The notes under the pieces are model-generated. The model worked only from the letters and a program-made list of their open reading frames with translations. It made no database searches and was not told the origin of the DNA. The position numbers and the translations under genes were made by a program. This document shows, piece by piece, positions 1 through 10,366 of a stretch of 64,000 nucleotides of DNA. The DNA is from Erythrobacter sp. GTDB lineage: Bacteria; Pseudomonadota; Alphaproteobacteria; Sphingomonadales; Sphingomonadaceae. The stretch is taken from the NCBI GenBank assembly GCA_023653115.1, contig JAMNXO010000006.1, forward strand, positions 35,869 to 99,868, in the 5' to 3' direction. Position 1 is the first letter of the stretch. The number at the start of each line of letters is the position of its first letter.

Positions 1-1188
1 TTCAATGGCGAAGTGGTGTGCGACATTCCGCTTGCCCCGCTGGCTGACGAAGCCCCGCTGTATGATCGGCCCTACCTCTCCAAGGAGGAATACAAGGCCT
101 GGGCCGGCGTAAAGCCGCTCGCCGCAGTGCCCGCCAGCGATGACATCGCGGCCGATCTGCTGACGCTGATGGGTTCGCCCGATTGCGCCTCGCGCCGCTG
201 GATTGCCGAACAATATGATTCGCAGGTCGGCGCGGACACGCTCCAGACCGGCGGCGATGCCGGTGTGGTGCGCGTGCACGGAACGACGAAGGCGCTTGCG
301 ATCACCACCGATTGCACCCCGCGTTATGTGTTTGCCGATCCCTACGAGGGCGGCAAGCAGGCGATTGCCGAGGCTTACCGGAACCTGTGCGCAGTCGGCG
401 CGCGGCCGCTGGCGGTGACCAATTGCCTCAACTTCGCCAACCCGCAGCGCCCCGAGATCATGGCGCAGATCGTCCACGCCCTTGAAGGCATGGCCGACGC
501 CTGCCGCGCGCTCGACTTCCCGATCGTGAGCGGAAACGTCAGCCTCTATAACGAAAGCAAGGCGACCGGCGGCGGCAGCGCGATCCTGCCCACCCCGGCG
601 ATTGGCGGGGTCGGCATCATCACCGATCTGTCCAAGATGATGACGATGCACTTCAAGCAGGCGGGCGATGCGATCTACCTCGTCGGGCCGGAGCATTGGG
701 CCAAGCCCGATCCGACCCGCTCGCACCTCGGCCAGTCGCTGTGGCTCAAGGTGATCAAGGGACAGGAAGCCGGGCGCACCCCGCCGACCGACCTCACTGT
801 CGAGCGTAATGCGGGCGAAATCATCCACGAATTGATCGCGGACGGGCTGGTCAATGCCGTGCATGACCTTTCCGATGGTGGCCTTGCCGTGGCACTCGCC
901 GAAATGGCGCTGGCAGGCGGCATCGGCGCGGAAGCCGACCTTGCGGGCAATCCCGATTACACCCCGGCACAATGGTGGTTCGGCGAGGATCAGGGGCGCT
1001 ATCTCGTCACGGTGCCCGATGTCGCCGCGCTCAACGCCGCGCTCGCCAAGGGCACGCGCGATGCCGAGACCGCGCAGATCGGTTTCCAGCGCGTCGGCAC
1101 CGTCGGCGGCGATCATGTGCTGGGCGTGCCGCTGAGCGAATTGCGCGCGGCCAACCAGCGCTTCTTCGACGAATGGATGGAAAGCTAG
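1..1188 (+). CDS. purL: Phosphoribosylformylglycinamidine synthase subunit PurL, 5'-truncated by the window edge
   Basis: Frame 1 is open from base 1. Motifs EQYDSQVG, TNCLNFANP, SGNVSLYNE and HDLSDGGLAVALAEMA. Confidence 0.96.
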   Translation, partial: FNGEVVCDIPLAPLADEAPLYDRPYLSKEEYKAWAGVKPLAAVPASDDIAADLLTLMGSPDCASRRWIAEQYDSQVGADTLQTGGDAGVVRVHGTTKALAITTDCTPRYVFADPYEGGKQAIAEAYRNLCAVGARPLAVTNCLNFANPQRPEIMAQIVHALEGMADACRALDFPIVSGNVSLYNESKATGGGSAILPTPAIGGVGIITDLSKMMTMHFKQAGDAIYLVGPEHWAKPDPTRSHLGQSLWLKVIKGQEAGRTPPTDLTVERNAGEIIHELIADGLVNAVHDLSDGGLAVALAEMALAGGIGAEADLAGNPDYTPAQWWFGEDQGRYLVTVPDVAALNAALAKGTRDAETAQIGFQRVGTVGGDHVLGVPLSELRAANQRFFDEWMES

Positions 1189-1194
1189 GCGCCC

Positions 1195-1602
1195 GTGGCC
1201 TCAGGCTATTCCGGCACCCCGCTCGTCAAGAAGCTCAACCTGCGTGACGGGATGCGGGTGTGGTTCGATGCCATGCCCGAGGATGTGATCGACGAGATCG
1301 ACGAATATGCGCTGGAGCTGATCTTTGTCGCCGATCCGGCCGAAGGGATCGATGCCGCCCATATCTTCGTGACCGAGCGTGCGGCGCTCGAACAGCGCCT
1401 GGCCGCGCTGCGTCACCAGATTTCGCCCGAAGGTCAGATCTGGGTCAGCTGGCCCAAGAAGGCCGCCAAGGTGCCGACCGACATCACCGAGGACACGATC
1501 CGCGAGGTGTGTCTGCCGATGGGGCTGGTCGATACCAAGGTCTGCGCGATTGACGAGGTGTGGTCAGGCCTCAAGCTCGTGATCCGCAAGGAATTGCGCT
1601 GA
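1195..1602 (+). CDS. DUF3052-like small protein
   Basis: GYSGTPLVKKL N-terminus, IWVSWPKK and GLVDTKVCAIDEVWSGLKL. GTG start 6 nt after the purL stop. Confidence 0.8.
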   Translation: MASGYSGTPLVKKLNLRDGMRVWFDAMPEDVIDEIDEYALELIFVADPAEGIDAAHIFVTERAALEQRLAALRHQISPEGQIWVSWPKKAAKVPTDITEDTIREVCLPMGLVDTKVCAIDEVWSGLKLVIRKELR

Positions 1603-1606
1603 ACGC

Positions 1607-2404
1607 CTAGGCTGCCTGCGGCGATGCACTGCCCAGCGTCAGTTCCTCGCTCAGGATGCCTTCGCTGCCCAGGATCGTGAGGCACTGGCGGTAGACTTCG
1701 GGCTTGCCGATGTTCAGCCGCGCGCGCGCTTCGCCGATATCCTCGCGCATCAGCGCCGCGATATCCTGATGCGACAGCTTCGCTGCGGCCCGGCCGAGCT
1801 TGCGCCCTTCCTTGATCGAAGCGAAAATCGGCGCCTTGGTGCCGGTCACCTTCTTGATCTGGCGCGCGCCGGCATAGGCGATGAACAGAATGCCGCGATT
1901 GTGGTTCTGCTCGTAGGTGAAGCCGAGCAGGCTCGCCTCGCCCAGCGCATCGCGGCCATAGCCGGTGAGCACGTGGAACAGATCATGCGTGTCGCGCAGC
2001 CGGTCAAAATACCACTGCGTCTGGTCCTTGGGCAGGCTTTCCGGCGATGCCCAGCGGTGGCTTTCGGCCACGAGACCGGCAGCCGAAAGGCCTTCGCGCT
2101 TCATGAAGGCGATGTAATGCGCCGCAACCGTGTTCGGCCCGCAATCAGCCCAGCGCGCGTGATCATCGAGCATGGCGGGGATATCGACACCCTCTGCCAG
2201 GAAACGCTGCCCCTCGGGCGAGCGGATGAACGCGGCCGCCTGTGCATGGCTGCGCTTGCCCTTGGTCGCTTCGATGATGTGGAACACCTGCTCGGTGTCT
2301 TCCTTGTCCTCGACCAGCTTGCCGAAGTGATGCAACACCTTGAGCGGGCGGATGCCCGACACTTTGCGATCGGGGGCAACCAGCGGAAGATCGAGCAGTG
2401 CCAT
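1607..2404 (-). CDS. COQ4-family protein (paralogue 1)
   Basis: HDLFH-x11-E matches the COQ4 metal-binding motif HDxxH(x)11E. ATG 2404 has AAGGA upstream. Confidence 0.82.
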   Translation of the reverse strand: MALLDLPLVAPDRKVSGIRPLKVLHHFGKLVEDKEDTEQVFHIIEATKGKRSHAQAAAFIRSPEGQRFLAEGVDIPAMLDDHARWADCGPNTVAAHYIAFMKREGLSAAGLVAESHRWASPESLPKDQTQWYFDRLRDTHDLFHVLTGYGRDALGEASLLGFTYEQNHNRGILFIAYAGARQIKKVTGTKAPIFASIKEGRKLGRAAAKLSHQDIAALMREDIGEARARLNIGKPEVYRQCLTILGSEGILSEELTLGSASPQAA

Positions 2405-2452
2405 CGTGTTACGTCCTTTGCGCGAGTCGCGAATTAGGTTCACCTAATGCCA

Positions 2453-2468
2453 CTTACATCAGTGTCAG
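2453..2468. promoter_or_regulatory. Imperfect palindrome CTTACA-TCAG-TGTCAG, candidate operator
   Basis: 13/16 identical to 4091-4106. Both lie 44-49 nt upstream of a COQ4-like start. Confidence 0.5.
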
Positions 2469-2511
2469 TTAAATGTCCATCACCCGTTGATCGAGGTCAA
2501 AAACCCGCCCC

Positions 2512-3198
2512 ATGCCGAGCCCTGACACCCTGCCCTACACCCTCGAGCGCCTGAGCGACGCCGATGCCCTTGCCCGCGCGGCGGCCCTTGCCGACCGGCT
2601 GAAGCAGCGACGCACCTGCCGCGAATTCTCCGCCGAGCCGGTGCCGCGCGCTATCATAGAAGCGGCCATCTCAGCAGCAGGCAGCGCGCCCAGCGGCGCC
2701 AATCATCAGCCCTGGCATTTCGCCGTCATCGGCTCGCCTGACACAAAGCGCGCGATCCGCGAGGCGGCCGAGGCCGAGGAACGGCGCTTCTACGGTGCGG
2801 ATGGCGGGGATCCCAAGGCCGGAGAGGAATGGCTTGCCGCGCTGCGCGATCTCGGCACCGATGCCGACAAGCCGTTCCTCGAAGTCGCGCCGTGGCTGAT
2901 CGTGGTGTTCGCCCAGCGTAAGGGCGGGATTGCTGAAGACGGGCAAACCCAGAACTACTACGTCAATGAAAGCGTCGGCATTGCCTGCGGGATGCTGCTG
3001 GCGACCCTCCACGAGGCCGGACTGGCGACGCTCACCCACACGCCCTCGCCCATGGGATTCTTGCGCCGGATCTGCGAGCGGCCCGAATGGGAGAAGCCGG
3101 TGATGATCGTGGTCGCCGGGCACCCCGCGCCCGGCGCAACGGTGCCCGCGCACGCGCTGGTCAAGAAGCCGCTGGAACAGATCGCCAGCTGGCTCTGA
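2512..3198 (+). CDS. Nitroreductase-family flavoprotein, iodotyrosine deiodinase (IYD)-like
   Basis: RRTCREFS, APSGANHQPWHF, EERRFY, DKPFL, YYVNESVGIACG and LTHTPSPM are typical of the IYD subgroup. Confidence 0.82.
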   Translation: MPSPDTLPYTLERLSDADALARAAALADRLKQRRTCREFSAEPVPRAIIEAAISAAGSAPSGANHQPWHFAVIGSPDTKRAIREAAEAEERRFYGADGGDPKAGEEWLAALRDLGTDADKPFLEVAPWLIVVFAQRKGGIAEDGQTQNYYVNESVGIACGMLLATLHEAGLATLTHTPSPMGFLRRICERPEWEKPVMIVVAGHPAPGATVPAHALVKKPLEQIASWL

Positions 3199-3207
3199 CC
3201 GCCCCGT

Positions 3208-4047
3208 TCAGGCCGTAACCAGTTCCTGCGCCGCGTTCGGGCTGGCGAGCAGGTTGTGGGGGTTGATCCCTTCAGCGGCCCAGATGCGGTGACATTCGCG
3301 ATAGGCCTTCGGTTCGGGAATGCGCAGCTGCGCGCGCACGTCGTCCAGCGGGCGCTCGAGCAGTTGGCGGATCGGTTGTGCCATCAGCTGCGGCGCGCCC
3401 TTGCCGGTGCGATGGGCCTCGCGCACGGCGCCGAAGATGGGAGCGCGGCTGCCCTTGGCCATCTTCTTGATGTTGGCCGCCCCGGCATAGCCGATCAGCA
3501 GGTGGCCCTGGCTGGGTGACTGGCCGTGGGTGAACAGCAGCACCGACGCCTCGCCCAGTGCATCGCGGCCATAGCCGGAGAGCACATGGAACAGGTCATG
3601 TGTATCGCGCGAGCAATTGATGTACCACTCGACCAGATCGGGGAAGCGCGGTCGCCCGGCGCGGTCGCTTTCGGCAACGAGGCCCGCGGCCGTCAGTCCT
3701 TCGGCTTCCATGAAATCGCAATAGGCATGGGCAAGGCTGCCTTTCGGCGTGCGACGCAGTGCCGCGTGATCATCAAGGATGTCGGGCAGGCAGGGTTCGG
3801 TGCGGCGCAGATCGGCTCCGTGCTCGGACAGCGAAAGCTCCGCGATGCGCGGCAGGAAGTCTTTCGAGGGGAGCGATTCGAAGATCCGGAACACCGCAGC
3901 CGTGTCTTCCTTGTCCTTCATGAGCATCTGAAAGTTGCGCACCGCGCGCAGGGGACGATACTTCGCCTGCGGACGATCGGGGTGCAGCAGCACCGTTCCG
4001 TCGGCGGAAAACATTCGGGTATACTGATCACGAGCGGCTTCGTTCAT
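3208..4047 (-). CDS. COQ4-family protein (paralogue 2)
   Basis: RDTHDLFHVLSGYGRDALGEA, nearly identical to paralogue 1. DKEDT motif also shared. Confidence 0.82.
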   Translation of the reverse strand: MNEAARDQYTRMFSADGTVLLHPDRPQAKYRPLRAVRNFQMLMKDKEDTAAVFRIFESLPSKDFLPRIAELSLSEHGADLRRTEPCLPDILDDHAALRRTPKGSLAHAYCDFMEAEGLTAAGLVAESDRAGRPRFPDLVEWYINCSRDTHDLFHVLSGYGRDALGEASVLLFTHGQSPSQGHLLIGYAGAANIKKMAKGSRAPIFGAVREAHRTGKGAPQLMAQPIRQLLERPLDDVRAQLRIPEPKAYRECHRIWAAEGINPHNLLASPNAAQELVTA

Positions 4048-4090
4048 GCTGGCAATTCCTGTGCGATGGCGCGGATGGTGCCACAGCTTG

Positions 4091-4106
4091 CTTACATGAG
4101 TGTTAA
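4091..4106. promoter_or_regulatory. Imperfect palindrome CTTACA-TGAG-TGTTAA, candidate operator
   Basis: Matches 2453-2468 in sequence and in position relative to the gene. Confidence 0.5.
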
Positions 4107-4165
4107 TAGCCGATTCGGTACGCTAAACAAAACCCTTTTTGCGATGCCTCGTGGCCCGCTTGCGA

Positions 4166-5038
4166 TCAGTCCGTGTGCCAGTCCGCCCTTGGAATGCCGA
4201 GCAGGCTGAGCACCGCCGTCAGATCGCCGCGATCCACCCGGCCATTGGCGGCTGCACGCGCCTTGGGCTTGGCGCGATAGGCAAAGCCATAGGTTGCCTC
4301 GGCGATCATCGGAATGTCATTCGCGCCGTCGCCGGTGGCAAGACTGACCAGCCCGCCGGCAGCCTCCTCGCGCAGCACGGCGGCCTTCACCGCGCTGTCG
4401 GTAATCGTGCCCAGCAGCCCGCCGGTGAGCCGCCCGCCGGCGACTTCGAGGTGGTTGCCCACCACCCGATCAAACCCGAGCATCGCGCCCACCGGATCGG
4501 CGAAGTGGTGGAAACCGCCCGTCACCAGCACCGTGCGCGTGCCCATGGCCGCCAGTGTCGCCACCAGCGTGCGCGCTCCCGGCGTCGGCGTAATCCGGTC
4601 GTCAAGGCAGGCGTGGATCGCGCTTTCATCCAGTCCTTCGAGCAGCGCCACGCGTTCGCGCAGGGCGGCGACGAAATCGAGCTCGCCCTGCATCGCGCGC
4701 TCGGTGATGGCGGCGATCTGCGGCTTCAATCCCGCGTAATCGGCTAGCTCGTCGATGCATTCCTGCTCGATCATGGTCGAATCCATGTCCGAGACAAACA
4801 CCTGCGGCACGGCAATCGCCCCGCGGCTCACCAGCATATCGGCGGGCGCAAAGAAGCGGTCGATCGCGGCCAGCACGCTGTGCGGCTCGCTGTCGGTGAA
4901 GCGCATCTCCAGCACCTCGCCATCCGCCAGCACATCGGCCGTGGCCAGCGACGCACCTTCTGCGCGCAATGCGACGGCCAGCGCATCAAGGCGTGTTTCC
5001 CTTGTCGCTGCGTCTGCTATCAGCCGGGCAATGAGCAT
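4166..5038 (-). CDS. serB: Phosphoserine phosphatase SerB
   Basis: HAD motif DMDSTMI, plus [18 protein letters not shown] and [12 protein letters not shown] 5038 has GGAGAAG upstream. Confidence 0.93.
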   Translation of the reverse strand: MLIARLIADAATRETRLDALAVALRAEGASLATADVLADGEVLEMRFTDSEPHSVLAAIDRFFAPADMLVSRGAIAVPQVFVSDMDSTMIEQECIDELADYAGLKPQIAAITERAMQGELDFVAALRERVALLEGLDESAIHACLDDRITPTPGARTLVATLAAMGTRTVLVTGGFHHFADPVGAMLGFDRVVGNHLEVAGGRLTGGLLGTITDSAVKAAVLREEAAGGLVSLATGDGANDIPMIAEATYGFAYRAKPKARAAANGRVDRGDLTAVLSLLGIPRADWHTD

Positions 5039-5987
5039 TCTGTCTTCTCCAGCAGCCCCCGTCGCGCTCATTGCAGGGCCGACCGCCAGCGGCAAGAGCG
5101 CGTTTGCGCTCGCGCTCGCGCACCGGTTGGCCGAATGCGGCCAGCGCGGCGTGATCGTCAATGCCGACAGCGCGCAGGTCTATGCCGATCTGCGCGTCCT
5201 TTCTGCCCGCCCGTCCGAGGACGAGATGGAGGGGATCGAACACCGCCTGTTCGGCGCGTGGGACGGGGCCGAGGCCTGCTCGGCCGCCGCCTGGGCAACC
5301 CGCGCCAAGGCCGAAATTGCCGATATTCATGCGGGCGGCGGCGTGCCGATCCTCGTCGGCGGAACGGGGCTCTATCACAAGGTGCTGCTGGAAGGGATCG
5401 CGCCGATCCCGCCGATTGATCCCGATGTGCGCAACATGGTGCGCGCGCTGGACGGGGATGCCGCCTACAAGCTGCTCCAGCTGGAAGACCCGCAGCGCGC
5501 CGCCGAGCTTGATCCCGGCGATACCCAGCGGATCGCCCGTGCGCTTGAAGTCAAACGCTCGACCGGGGTCACGCTGGGCGACTGGCAGATGGCCAAGGCG
5601 GGCGGGATTGGCGAGGAAATTGCGCTCCACCCGCTGGTGCTGCTGCCGGAACGCCAGTGGGTCTATGATCGCTGCGATGCGCGCTTTGCCACCATGCTGG
5701 ATGCAGGCGCTGTGGCCGAGGTCGAGGCGCTGCTGGCGCGCGGGCTTGATCCCGATCTGCCGGTGATGCGCGCAATCGGCGTGCCGGAGATCGCTGCGCT
5801 TTTGGCTGGCACAATCGACGAGGCCGCCATGCTCGCCGCCGCCCAACAGGCCACCCGTAACTATGCCAAGCGCCAGTTCACCTGGTTCCGGCGTCAGACG
5901 CCATCCGAATGGCCGCGTTTCGAGTTCGGCCCTGAATCCGAAAATATCGACATTGACGCCTGTTTTGCATCTTTATTGCGCAATTAG
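5031..5987 (+). CDS. miaA: tRNA dimethylallyltransferase
   Basis: [23 protein letters not shown] and [13 protein letters not shown]. Confidence 0.95.
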   Translation: MSILSSPAAPVALIAGPTASGKSAFALALAHRLAECGQRGVIVNADSAQVYADLRVLSARPSEDEMEGIEHRLFGAWDGAEACSAAAWATRAKAEIADIHAGGGVPILVGGTGLYHKVLLEGIAPIPPIDPDVRNMVRALDGDAAYKLLQLEDPQRAAELDPGDTQRIARALEVKRSTGVTLGDWQMAKAGGIGEEIALHPLVLLPERQWVYDRCDARFATMLDAGAVAEVEALLARGLDPDLPVMRAIGVPEIAALLAGTIDEAAMLAAAQQATRNYAKRQFTWFRRQTPSEWPRFEFGPESENIDIDACFASLLRN

Positions 5988-6029
5988 GGGTTGACCTATC
6001 ACAATCTAACCGATAGCGGCGTCTTCACT

Positions 6030-6071
6030 CGGTCCGATGCAAGTCCCCCCTGCATCGGGCCGGTTTTTGTT
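6030..6071 (+). terminator. Intrinsic terminator-like hairpin between miaA and ilvB
   Basis: 12-bp stem CGGTCCGATGCA/TGCATCGGGCCG (one G-U pair) followed by GTTTTTGTT. Confidence 0.6.
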
Positions 6072-6129
6072 GTCAGGCACCGGTGAGGCGTTTCTTGCCG
6101 CACTGCCGCCCAACCCGATGGAGTTTCCC

Positions 6130-7917
6130 GTGCCCGGCAAGCCGGCCCAAGCAGCAAGCCCCAGCGCCCCCAGCAGCGGCGCGGCGATCCTTGTGCAATG
6201 CCTGATCGAGCAGGGCGTCGAATTCGTGTTCGGCTATCCGGGCGGTGCGGTGCTGCCGATCTATGACGAATTGTTCGGCGATGAGCGCATCCGCCACATT
6301 CTCGTCCGTCATGAAGCAGGCGCAGCCCACGCGGCTGAAGGCTATGCCCGCGCCACCGGCAAGCCGGGCGTGGTGCTGGTCACCTCGGGCCCGGGCGCGA
6401 CCAATGCGATCACCGGCATTGCCGATGCATGGATGGATTCGATCCCGCTGGTGGTCATCACCGGACAGGTGCCGACCGCGCTGATCGGCACCGATGCGTT
6501 CCAGGAAGCCGACACCATCGGCATCACCCGCCACTGCACCAAGCACAATTACCTCGTGAAGGATCCGGCTGATCTGGCCGCGACCATTCAGGAGGCCTTC
6601 CGCATCGCGACCACCGGCCGCCCCGGCCCGGTCGTGATCGACATTCCCAAGGACGTGCAGATCGCGGTCCCTTCCGAACGCCGCGCCTTTGTGCGGCCCG
6701 GATCGCACCGCTACGCGCCGCAGATGGTTGCCCCGCCCGAACAGATCATCGAAGCGATCGAGCTGATCGCCAAGGCCGAGCGGCCGATCTTCTACACCGG
6801 CGGCGGGGTGATCAATTCCGGCCCCGAGGCCAGCACCTTGCTGCGCCGCTTGCAGGATCTCACCGGCGCGCCTGTCACCTCGACGCTGATGGGCCTCGGC
6901 GCCTTTCCCTCGACGCACCCCGACTGGCTCGGGATGCTGGGGATGCACGGCACCTTCGAAGCCAATATGGCGATGAACAAGTGCGATGTGATGGTCTGCA
7001 TCGGTGCGCGCTTCGATGACCGCGTGACCGGCAGGCTTGATGCCTTCTCGCCGGATTCGACCAAGATCCATATCGACATTGATCGCTCCTCGATCAACAA
7101 GGTGGTGCCGGTCGATCTCGGCATTGTCGGCGATTGCGGCACGGTGCTGGGCCAGCTGATCGAGGCATGGGGCAGCCGGCAGGCGCGCGATCTGGGCGAA
7201 TGGAAGGCGCGGATTGCGGGCTGGCGGGCGCGCGAATGCCTCGCTTACCCCGAACGCTCGGTGAAGCATCCGAACATGATCATGCCGCAAAAGGCGATCG
7301 AGCGGCTCTATGCCCACACCCACGCCAGAAAGCCGATCATCTCGACCGAGGTCGGCCAGCACCAGATGTGGGCAGCGCAATATTTCCACTTCGATGATCC
7401 CAACAAGTGGCTGACGTCCGGCGGGCTCGGCACGATGGGTTACGGGCTCCCGGCGGCGATCGGCGCGCAACTGGGCCACCCTGATGCGCTGGTGATCGAC
7501 ATCGCGGGCGAAGCCTCGATCCAGATGAACATTCAGGAATTGGGCACCGCGAGCCAGTATCGCCTGCCGGTCAAGGTGTTCATCCTCAACAACGAATATA
7601 TGGGCATGGTCCGCCAGTGGCAGGAACTGACCTATGAAAGCCGCTATTCGAACAGCTACTCCGACAGCCTGCCCGATTTCGTTCGCCTCGCCGAAGCCTA
7701 TGGCTGGAAGGGCATCCGCATCCATGACGAGAGCGAATTGGACGAAGGCATCGCCGCGATGCTCGCGCATGATGGGCCGGTGATGGTCGATTGCCTCGTC
7801 GCGCAGGACGCCAATTGCCTGCCGATGATCCCCTCTGGCGCGGCGCATACCGACATGATCCTCTACGGCGACAAGGTCGACGGGACGATGGACGACGAAG
7901 CCAAGGCGCTGGTCTAG
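6130..7917 (+). CDS. ilvB: Acetolactate synthase large subunit
   Basis: [21 protein letters not shown] and [13 protein letters not shown] 6130 follows GGAG; ATG 6118 is an alternative start. Confidence 0.95.
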   Translation: MPGKPAQAASPSAPSSGAAILVQCLIEQGVEFVFGYPGGAVLPIYDELFGDERIRHILVRHEAGAAHAAEGYARATGKPGVVLVTSGPGATNAITGIADAWMDSIPLVVITGQVPTALIGTDAFQEADTIGITRHCTKHNYLVKDPADLAATIQEAFRIATTGRPGPVVIDIPKDVQIAVPSERRAFVRPGSHRYAPQMVAPPEQIIEAIELIAKAERPIFYTGGGVINSGPEASTLLRRLQDLTGAPVTSTLMGLGAFPSTHPDWLGMLGMHGTFEANMAMNKCDVMVCIGARFDDRVTGRLDAFSPDSTKIHIDIDRSSINKVVPVDLGIVGDCGTVLGQLIEAWGSRQARDLGEWKARIAGWRARECLAYPERSVKHPNMIMPQKAIERLYAHTHARKPIISTEVGQHQMWAAQYFHFDDPNKWLTSGGLGTMGYGLPAAIGAQLGHPDALVIDIAGEASIQMNIQELGTASQYRLPVKVFILNNEYMGMVRQWQELTYESRYSNSYSDSLPDFVRLAEAYGWKGIRIHDESELDEGIAAMLAHDGPVMVDCLVAQDANCLPMIPSGAAHTDMILYGDKVDGTMDDEAKALV

Positions 7918-7927
7918 GACATACGCA

Positions 7928-8449
7928 ATGCCATTGAAAATCACCGAAGCCCATTCCGAGCGCCATGTGCTCGCCGTCACGGTCGATAACGAGCCGGGGA
8001 TCCTCGCCAAGATCACCGGGCTGTTCACCGCGCGCGGCTATAACATCGACAGCCTCACCGTGGCCGACATCACCGAAGATCACGCGGTCAGCCGCGTCAC
8101 CATCGTCACCAACGGCCCGCCGCAGGTGATCGACCAGATCGAGGCGCAACTGGAACGGCTGGTGCCGGTACACAAAGTCACCGATCTCACCACCGCCGGC
8201 CCGCACGTGGAGCGCGAGCTGGCGCTGATCAAGGTCACCGGCACCGGCGAGAAGCGGGTCGAGGCGCTGCGGCTGGCGGACATTTTCCGGGCGCGCCCCG
8301 TCGACACCACCACCGAAAGCTTCATTTTCGAAATCACCGGCCCGCCCGACAAGATCGACAGCTTCATCGCGCTGATGCGCGAATTGGGGCTGGTCGAGGT
8401 CGGCCGCACCGGGGTCGTCGGAATGCTGCGCGGGCCGCAAGGCGCTTAG
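7928..8449 (+). CDS. ilvN: Acetolactate synthase small (ACT) subunit
   Basis: VDNEPGILAKITGLFTARGYNIDSL and ERELALIKV. Follows ilvB. Confidence 0.95.
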   Translation: MPLKITEAHSERHVLAVTVDNEPGILAKITGLFTARGYNIDSLTVADITEDHAVSRVTIVTNGPPQVIDQIEAQLERLVPVHKVTDLTTAGPHVERELALIKVTGTGEKRVEALRLADIFRARPVDTTTESFIFEITGPPDKIDSFIALMRELGLVEVGRTGVVGMLRGPQGA

Positions 8450-8459
8450 TTTTTTCTTC

Positions 8460-9591
<1,132 letters not shown>

Positions 9592-9667
9592 AGCCAAGAA
9601 CTGACACGGAACCCTTGGCGGGTCTCGCTCATTGAGCCACAAAGACCCGCCAAGGAGAACCGTTTCA

Positions 9668-10321
9668 ATGAAAAAGCTCGCTCTCGCCGCTGCTGCGGCC
9701 CTGTCTGTCACCGCCACCATCGCCGCCGCGCCGACACTGTTCGCGCAGGGCGCGCCGCAAGTGCCGGGGGCGCAAGACCCTGCACGGGTCACTGCCGGAA
9801 CCTATGCGCTCGACGCCGGGCACACGCTGGTCGACTGGGAAGTGAGCCATTTCGGCTTCAACAACTACATTGGCCTGTTCGGCAATATCACCGGCACCAT
9901 GACGATGGACCCGGCCAATATCGAGGCCGCCACCTTCGCGATCAATGTGCCGGTGGCCGAAGTGACCGTCGCCAGCAGCGGCCTCAAGGAGCACCTGCTG
10001 CGCGCGGGCAAGGATGGCGGCGCGCCCGATTTCTTCGGCCCCGCGCCCGGCATGGCCACCTTTACCTCGACCAAGGTGGTCAAGACCGGCGCGACCACGG
10101 CTGATGTCACCGGCACCTTGACGATGAACGGCAAGAGCGCGCCCGTCACGCTCACGACCGAATTCATCGGTGCCGGCGCCAACCCCTTCAACAAGAAGGA
10201 GACGGTCGGCTTCCACGCGCGCACCGTGATCGATCGCACCCAATGGGGCATCAACTACGCCGCGCCGTTCATCGGCAAGGATGTGACGCTGACGATCAGC
10301 GCGGCATTCGAGAAGCAGTAA
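9668..10321 (+). CDS. YceI-family secreted lipid/polyisoprenoid-binding protein
   Basis: Signal peptide MKKLALAAAAALS. Motifs GTYALDAGHT, GTLTMNG and IDRTQWGI. Confidence 0.88.
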   Translation: MKKLALAAAAALSVTATIAAAPTLFAQGAPQVPGAQDPARVTAGTYALDAGHTLVDWEVSHFGFNNYIGLFGNITGTMTMDPANIEAATFAINVPVAEVTVASSGLKEHLLRAGKDGGAPDFFGPAPGMATFTSTKVVKTGATTADVTGTLTMNGKSAPVTLTTEFIGAGANPFNKKETVGFHARTVIDRTQWGINYAAPFIGKDVTLTISAAFEKQ

Positions 10322-10366
10322 GTCCCTCTCGACACATTTCGATCAATCGGGCAGGCCTTCGCGACG

